DNA of 64,000 nt from Desulfobacterales bacterium (GTDB lineage Bacteria; Desulfobacterota; Desulfobacteria; Desulfobacterales; UBA2174), in contig CAXXWC010000010.1 in the NCBI GenBank assembly GCA_963668645.2, positions 64,001 to 128,000 on the forward strand, read 5' to 3'. This document shows, one piece after another, positions 63,505-64,000 of this stretch (positions are counted from its first letter, which is position 1; every line of letters begins with the position of its first letter). The position numbers and the translations under genes were made by a program. The notes under the pieces were generated by a model. That model searched no databases. It was not told the DNA's origin and worked only from the letters and a program-made list of their open reading frames with translations.

Positions 63505-64000
63505 ATGCGGCGCTGGCCTCTATCAGCAATTCTATCTTTTTGGCTCCTGACTTCTCTGTTCACTTTCCGGTGCGATGCCGATTGCCGGGCCGGCACGAAA
63601 GGTGAGGGCAGCGGATCGGTTCAACGCGCTGCCAAAGACCCGGTCGACCACCGGGGACGCCCCCTGTACAAACCGGGCGAGCTGCTGGTGGTTTTTGCCC
63701 CGGGGGCGAGCGAGGCCGATATGACCGCCTTGCATGGCCGCACCGGTGCGTCCATCGCCGGCAGGACGCGCCGAAACCGGCTCCAGCGGCTGCGGTTTTC
63801 CGACTCCAGTACGGCCCTTGCCGCCATGCAGCGCTACCGGAAGGCTTCCACGGTGGTTCACGTCGAACGCAACGCCCTGCGCTATCCGCAAGCCGAGCCG
63901 AACGACACCCTTTTCGGCCAGCAGTGGGCCCTCGAACGCATCGCGGCGCCGGCAGCATGGGAATTCACTTCCGGCAGTCCGCAGGTGGTGATCGCGGTGA
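63505..64000 (+). CDS. S8 subtilisin-family serine protease, N-terminal part (runs off the right edge; absent from the ORF track)
   Basis: Open frame from ATG 63505: signal-like MRRWPLSAILSFWLL, propeptide YKPGELLVVF, then VERN..RY...PNDTLFGQQWALERIAAPAAWEFTSGSPQVVIAV, just before the expected catalytic Asp. Confidence 0.85.
   Translation, partial: MRRWPLSAILSFWLLTSLFTFRCDADCRAGTKGEGSGSVQRAAKDPVDHRGRPLYKPGELLVVFAPGASEADMTALHGRTGASIAGRTRRNRLQRLRFSDSSTALAAMQRYRKASTVVHVERNALRYPQAEPNDTLFGQQWALERIAAPAAWEFTSGSPQVVIAV

Overview
High-GC bacterial chromosome segment. Gene content points to a sulfate-reducing Desulfobacterota ('Deltaproteobacteria') organism (inference). The first ~2.3 kb is a decayed defence/IS hotspot: a DUF4062 gene running off the edge, remnants of type I HsdM and type III Mod methyltransferases, an MNT antitoxin whose HEPN toxin is cut to 9 codons, and IS1634 and IS3 fragments. 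Next come recC-recB with no adjacent recD and a pentapeptide-repeat membrane protein. Two sigma54 two-component modules follow, each with visible -24/-12 promoters and candidate enhancer sites. One lies upstream of an OFA-type MFS transporter; the other lies upstream of a receiver-cstA-membrane protein-small protein-ArsA/GET3-like ATPase operon. The window also holds a 2-oxoacid:ferredoxin oxidoreductase (alpha plus beta-gamma fusion), sucA (frameshifted)-sucB-lpdA, a stand-alone EF-G paralogue with a divergent domain IV, and housekeeping genes (murB, ihfA, yhbY, rarD, tkt). A selenocysteine-containing Tat formate dehydrogenase cluster (fdhA-fdhB-fdhE, UGA plus SECIS) is preceded by a MalT/BTAD activator and three GTAACC repeats. 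It is flanked by a thioredoxin-peroxiredoxin-binding protein-kinase (Cys-rich HAMP insert) module and a receiver-STAS gene. An S8 protease starts at the right edge. No rRNA, tRNA or CRISPR array was seen. All calls come from manual motif recognition; no database searches were run.
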